A DNA stretch of 64,000 bases from Candidatus Poribacteria bacterium (GTDB lineage: Bacteria; Poribacteria; WGA-4E; WGA-3G), in the NCBI GenBank assembly GCA_965215265.1, contig OZ244048.1, forward strand, positions 4,416,001 through 4,480,000. Direction: 5' to 3'. How positions within the stretch are numbered: position 1 is the stretch's first letter; each line of letters opens with the position of its first letter. Position numbers and translations under genes: made by a program. The notes below the pieces were generated by a model that searched no databases, was not told the DNA's origin, and worked only from the letters and a program-made list of their open reading frames with translations. Shown here in pieces: positions 59,912 to 64,000 of this stretch.

Positions 59912-60117
59912 TATAGTGTCCCTGAATTGCAACTCAGTAGACAGTCTTTTTTCTTTCGCAACTCACAGTGCAGCTTCCTGCAACTTTGACGATATTTGTG
60001 GATAATGGCCAAGGTTGCTCTGGCGAGATGGGCATATCTACGCTCACGCCAAACACGCCTTACCGTTTTAATCGACAAAAGCTGTAAGTAAATCAAGAAG
60101 AAAGGAGTTTTTCGCAA

Positions 60118-60375
60118 ATGACGTATGTAATTTGTGAGCCCTGCATTGACGTGAAGGATAGCGCGTGCGTTGACGTATGTCCCGTTGACTGTATACACCC
60201 TTTACCGGATGCTGAAGAGTTTGAAGATGTAAATCAGCTTTACATCGATCCGGAAGAGTGCATCGATTGTGGCGTATGCGAGCCCGAATGTCCCGTTGAA
60301 GCCATCTTTATGGAAGAAGATGTTCCAGAAGAGTGGGAGCATTTTACCGAGCTCAACGCTGAATACTTCCAATAG
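60118..60375 (+). CDS. Dicluster ferredoxin (FdxA-like), copy 1
   Basis: CEPC...CVDVCPVDC and CIDCGVCEPECP. Confidence 0.93.
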   Translation: MTYVICEPCIDVKDSACVDVCPVDCIHPLPDAEEFEDVNQLYIDPEECIDCGVCEPECPVEAIFMEEDVPEEWEHFTELNAEYFQ

Positions 60376-60483
60376 AAGGCTATAAAAAAGGTGCAAACGG
60401 TTGTCGGTTTTTGATACTTCTTCAGGTAACACAAAGTGACAGCCGTTTGAACCTTCTCAAAGAAGAAAGGAGTTTTTTCGCAA

Positions 60484-60741
60484 ATGACGTATGTAATTTG
60501 TGAGCCCTGTATTGATGTGAAGGATAGTGCGTGCGTTGACGTGTGTCCTGTTGACTGCATACACCCGGGACCGGATGCTGAAGAGTTTGAAGATGTAAAT
60601 CAACTCTATATAGATCCGGAAGAATGTATCGATTGTAACGTCTGTGTCCCTGAATGTCCCGTTGAAGCCATCTACATGGAAGAAGATGTTCCAGAAGAGT
60701 GGGAACATTTTATCGAGCTCAACGCTGAATACTTCCAATAA
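60484..60741 (+). CDS. Dicluster ferredoxin (FdxA-like), copy 2
   Basis: Near-identical to copy 1; CIDCNVCVPECP. Confidence 0.93.
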   Translation: MTYVICEPCIDVKDSACVDVCPVDCIHPGPDAEEFEDVNQLYIDPEECIDCNVCVPECPVEAIYMEEDVPEEWEHFIELNAEYFQ

Positions 60742-60890
60742 GGCACGACAGAAGGTAGGGCAAAAGGTTTAGTTAGCGGCATCTCTATAGATGACGCAAA
60801 GTGTTGATTAGCAGATCTGGTTATTCCGTTCTAGTATCAAAGTGCCTATAGATGTTTGTTTGATGCTATCTTGACAGTGGAGAAATCTCA

Positions 60891-61235
60891 ATGGGTGAGC
60901 AGACTCGCAGTTTAGGCAACAAGCCGTATGAAATCAAAAGAATGGAAGATTACCTGGTAGTACGCTGGACAGATTCACATCTTAGTAGGCTCTCCTATAA
61001 GCTTCTCCGGCAAAAATGCCCTTGTGCAAGGTGTCAAGCCATGCGCGAGGGAAAAAATCATTTTCATATCTTACCCTCTGACACGTTTTTTCAGAACCTT
61101 AATCTAGTGGACATCCAGCCAGTTGGAAATTATGCCGTACGCCTCTTATGGAACGATGGCCATCGCACCGGAATTTATCCCTTTGCTTTTTTGCGAGAAC
61201 TATCTGATGAGGAGAGCAACCCGGCAACAACATAG
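60891..61235 (+). CDS. DUF971 / gamma-butyrobetaine hydroxylase-like N-terminal domain protein
   Basis: LRQKCPCARC, VGNYAV...WNDGHRTGIY. Confidence 0.85.
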   Translation: MGEQTRSLGNKPYEIKRMEDYLVVRWTDSHLSRLSYKLLRQKCPCARCQAMREGKNHFHILPSDTFFQNLNLVDIQPVGNYAVRLLWNDGHRTGIYPFAFLRELSDEESNPATT

Positions 61236-61774
61236 CAGTTCGGTTCTTTTCGTTCTACGCCCAATTGCTTACTCACCATTTGACATTCCCGCCAATAGCG
61301 CGTGTAATTGAGCGGTATAAAACGTTGCCGCTGCCCGATGAACGTTTTATGGCAGCAGGCTAATTCATTTCCATTATGCAGCGGGTACCCCCACACCCGG
61401 CAGATGACGGGACGGTGCTCATAAACAGTGCAAACTCCAGCAATAAGCATCGGACATTCGCCTTCACGCTTGCCTTTTATCACCTGAATCGCGTCAAGCC
61501 CTACCTGCGCTGCCATATTTTTAGCGTTGTAACCTTCTGCCTCCAGGGCGCGAATGGTCCGCTCCGCTTTCTGGCGGATATGCATCCGTAACTGTAATGG
61601 GAGCGCGTCTAAACCCACCTTCAAGTCGCGTGCTTCGGCCTCGCTTATCGCCATCGTTGCAGTATTTTTGCAACATTCAAAACAGTCCGCCGGACAGGGA
61701 AAACGCCCATATTCTTTGCGCAACCGCTGAACTTCTTTGGTAATCTCAGCAGTGAGTTCATGATAGGTTTGCAT
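61175..61774 (-). CDS. YkgJ-family cysteine-cluster protein
   Basis: CPADCFECC...CPML...CTVYEHRPVICR. Confidence 0.85.
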   Translation of the reverse strand: MQTYHELTAEITKEVQRLRKEYGRFPCPADCFECCKNTATMAISEAEARDLKVGLDALPLQLRMHIRQKAERTIRALEAEGYNAKNMAAQVGLDAIQVIKGKREGECPMLIAGVCTVYEHRPVICRVWGYPLHNGNELACCHKTFIGQRQRFIPLNYTRYWRECQMVSKQLGVERKEPNCYVVAGLLSSSDSSRKKAKG

Positions 61775-61819
61775 AATAGATATTGCAGGAAATGGATTGC
61801 TACGACTTTACCACTTTGA

Positions 61820-62755
61820 CTATAACACCTTCAGTTCGTAGAGCGCGTGCTGGAATAACACAACTTTGGCACCATTATTTAAAATCAATTTGATTTCATA
61901 AGGGCTGACCCAATCTATAATTCCGCGAAATATTTCGCCTTCCCGGAGGGTAACCTCAATTAAATCGCCGCGCTTGCGAGCATTCTGCACTGCTTCTGCA
62001 TCCAATAGATACCCCTCTTCTCCTTTTTGTAACGCGGCCAACTTTCGTGCTTTAACAGCCTCATCAATTTCTACAGATGCCTGAACTTTCTCCGCGTCCA
62101 TATCTTTATAACAGTATTTAACATCTGTTTTGATGATAACCTGTTCATTCCCATTGCTATTGAGCGTCAAACTGGTCAGCGTCATTTCTAAGACGATAGC
62201 TGGGAGTTGCACGTCTCTATACAATGCGAAGAACATAGCGGTTTCAAAATTAATCTGCTTGAGGATGTACAAGTCACCGAAACTGAGTTGTTTAGAGGAT
62301 TGCTCAGCTGGTCGACGTGATGAACCTGTGGAGCGAGGGACCTGTTGCTTCGTACTTTCTACCGCTACCGGCGTATCTGTTTTAAGACGACTGCGAGGCT
62401 TAGTCGTCTCCCGGACTGCAATAGAGGGCCCTCCTGCATCGGATGGGATTGGCTCTTCTTCGGCGAGAAATTGCCCTTGGCCCGGGAAGCCTGAGTACCC
62501 CCTTGGGATAATCGCTTTTCCTTGTCGCAGCCATCGCCGTTCCGTAGGTGTCAGTAAGACTTCAACGTTTTGCGCAACTAGCCCTTTTTCGCCTTCAACG
62601 ATGTTATATTTCACTCGTTGTCCGACGCGCAGCTCCTCGTAGTCAGGATGCTTTATGGCTGAACTGTGTAAGAAGACATCAGTATCACTGCTATCTTGCG
62701 CGATAAATCCGAATCCTTTGTCGAAATTGTAATACTTAATCCGTCCTGTAGGCAT
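61820..62755 (-). CDS. Cold-shock domain protein with C-terminal Hfq/Sm-like domain(s)
   Basis: KGFGFI/DVFLH CSD; C-terminal IEVTLREGEIFRGII...VVLFQHAL. Confidence 0.8.
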   Translation of the reverse strand: MPTGRIKYYNFDKGFGFIAQDSSDTDVFLHSSAIKHPDYEELRVGQRVKYNIVEGEKGLVAQNVEVLLTPTERRWLRQGKAIIPRGYSGFPGQGQFLAEEEPIPSDAGGPSIAVRETTKPRSRLKTDTPVAVESTKQQVPRSTGSSRRPAEQSSKQLSFGDLYILKQINFETAMFFALYRDVQLPAIVLEMTLTSLTLNSNGNEQVIIKTDVKYCYKDMDAEKVQASVEIDEAVKARKLAALQKGEEGYLLDAEAVQNARKRGDLIEVTLREGEIFRGIIDWVSPYEIKLILNNGAKVVLFQHALYELKVL

Positions 62756-63222
62756 TGTCTGCTCCTGAAAATCGTCATAAGATGCTTTTTACTGCAATTC
62801 CGAAATAGCTACCGTTCGCTTACCAACCAATCAGGGAACCTTGCTTGGGTACACACGTATTAGACTGAGAAACCGAAGTACTACAGTATAGGCACCAAAC
62901 CATCTGCAAGGCGAGGAGATTGTTCCAATGCATGTGCAAGTTAACAACTTAAACCACAATAACGTACCTATGACAATAGCGGATGTTTCTCTTGACATAA
63001 CACCGGTTCCTTTGTAAAATAATTTGTAGTATACGTTTACGAATTGCGTTCTACATCAAAGGGATTTTGCTGGCAAAACCTGACAATACAAAATATTTTA
63101 TAATACGTGACATGATTTGTCAAGTTTTTTGTTTAGTTCTTCCATTAACCGCGTTTGGTATACCTATTCACCAGAGACTTTTTGGCTAATTCCAAAATAT
63201 CTTTAAAAGGAGAACTTTCATT

Positions 63223-64000
63223 GTGACAGAACTGACACATCACATTCAAACTATCCGTTTGGTTGACACGCATGAGCACATGCGACGCGAAACCGACTGG
63301 GTTGAAAACGGCCCCGATATCCTACAAGATCTGTTTGGTAACTACGTTCCTGCAGATCTCCACACGGCAGGCGCGTCCCCTGAAGCAATGCGGAATCTCA
63401 TGGATGCATCTCAAGATGTCGCAGGACGTTTTGAGGGAATCCGAACTGCGTGGGAATCAACGCAGTTCACCGGTTACGGTGAAGCGGTGCACCTCATTGC
63501 CGAACATATTTACGCACTTGATGAACTTACACCTCAAAAACTCGCCGACGCGCAAGATGAGGTGAAAAAATTTAGAGCCCCTGGTGAACGTTACCGCATC
63601 CTACACGATATCGCCAAACTCGACCATATCCAGACAGACGATTTCAGTTGGCAGTGTGTACCGGATACCTCCGGATTAGATTTTTTCCTTTACGATCTCT
63701 CGTGGGCAACATTCTGCAATGGGCAAGTCGACCCGAGTGCTATTCATGCCGCCACGGGTGTGGATGTCACCAATCTCGCCTCGCTGAAGCACGGAATGGC
63801 AGCAATTTTTGAAAAACATGCACCGTGTGCCATTGCCGTGAAATCGCAGCACGCTTACAACCGCACACTCAATTGGATTGAACGAAGCGACGACGAAGCA
63901 TCAAAAGCACTTAGCGCTGTATTGACGAAACCCACTGCTGAAATTGATGAAGCAACTCGCAATTGCCTCGGCGATTGGTGTTGGGCACGTGGTGTGGAAC
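63223..64000 (+). CDS. Amidohydrolase-family protein (runs off the right edge)
   Basis: Own translation from GTG after AAGGAG: LVDTHEH metal motif, KSQHAYNRTL; open to the window end. Confidence 0.8.
   Translation, partial: MTELTHHIQTIRLVDTHEHMRRETDWVENGPDILQDLFGNYVPADLHTAGASPEAMRNLMDASQDVAGRFEGIRTAWESTQFTGYGEAVHLIAEHIYALDELTPQKLADAQDEVKKFRAPGERYRILHDIAKLDHIQTDDFSWQCVPDTSGLDFFLYDLSWATFCNGQVDPSAIHAATGVDVTNLASLKHGMAAIFEKHAPCAIAVKSQHAYNRTLNWIERSDDEASKALSAVLTKPTAEIDEATRNCLGDWCWARGVE

Overview
A 64-kb bacterial chromosomal window, most likely Candidatus Poribacteria or a relative. This is inferred from typical protein architectures: a LamG protein ending KLATSWGQIK, dockerin plus 'LLPNFPNPFNPETW...WDGRN' C-terminal domains, and internalin-like LRR, WD40 and FGE-domain secreted proteins. 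It contains housekeeping and metabolic genes (sixA, SbcC-like ATPase, aminotransferase, two enolase-superfamily enzymes, purL/purQ, KdgK-like kinase, thiolase, dacB, cimA, tandem ferredoxins) and three accessory zones. (i) 19-34 kb: a split type I restriction-modification locus (hsdR, fic, hsdS ... hsdM) with a ~6.5-kb, direct-repeat-bounded cargo of dockerin-bearing surface proteins. (ii) 39-42 kb: a UvrD helicase with an inserted GIY-YIG nuclease, next to a toxin-antitoxin pair. (iii) 47.5-51.5 kb: a decayed zone with an LRR protein and gene remnants. I found no rRNA, tRNA, CRISPR array, transposase, integrase or reverse transcriptase. The most notable signals are: a three-domain FGE/C-type-lectin protein whose variable regions show the codon pattern of diversity-generating retroelement targets although no RT is nearby; a ~90-bp dispersed, hairpin-forming element in three copies; a triple palindrome array in the fic leader; and unusual fusions (cold-shock + Hfq-like, GlmU-like + DUF89, UvrD + GIY-YIG). 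All family assignments come from reading motifs by eye, not from database searches.
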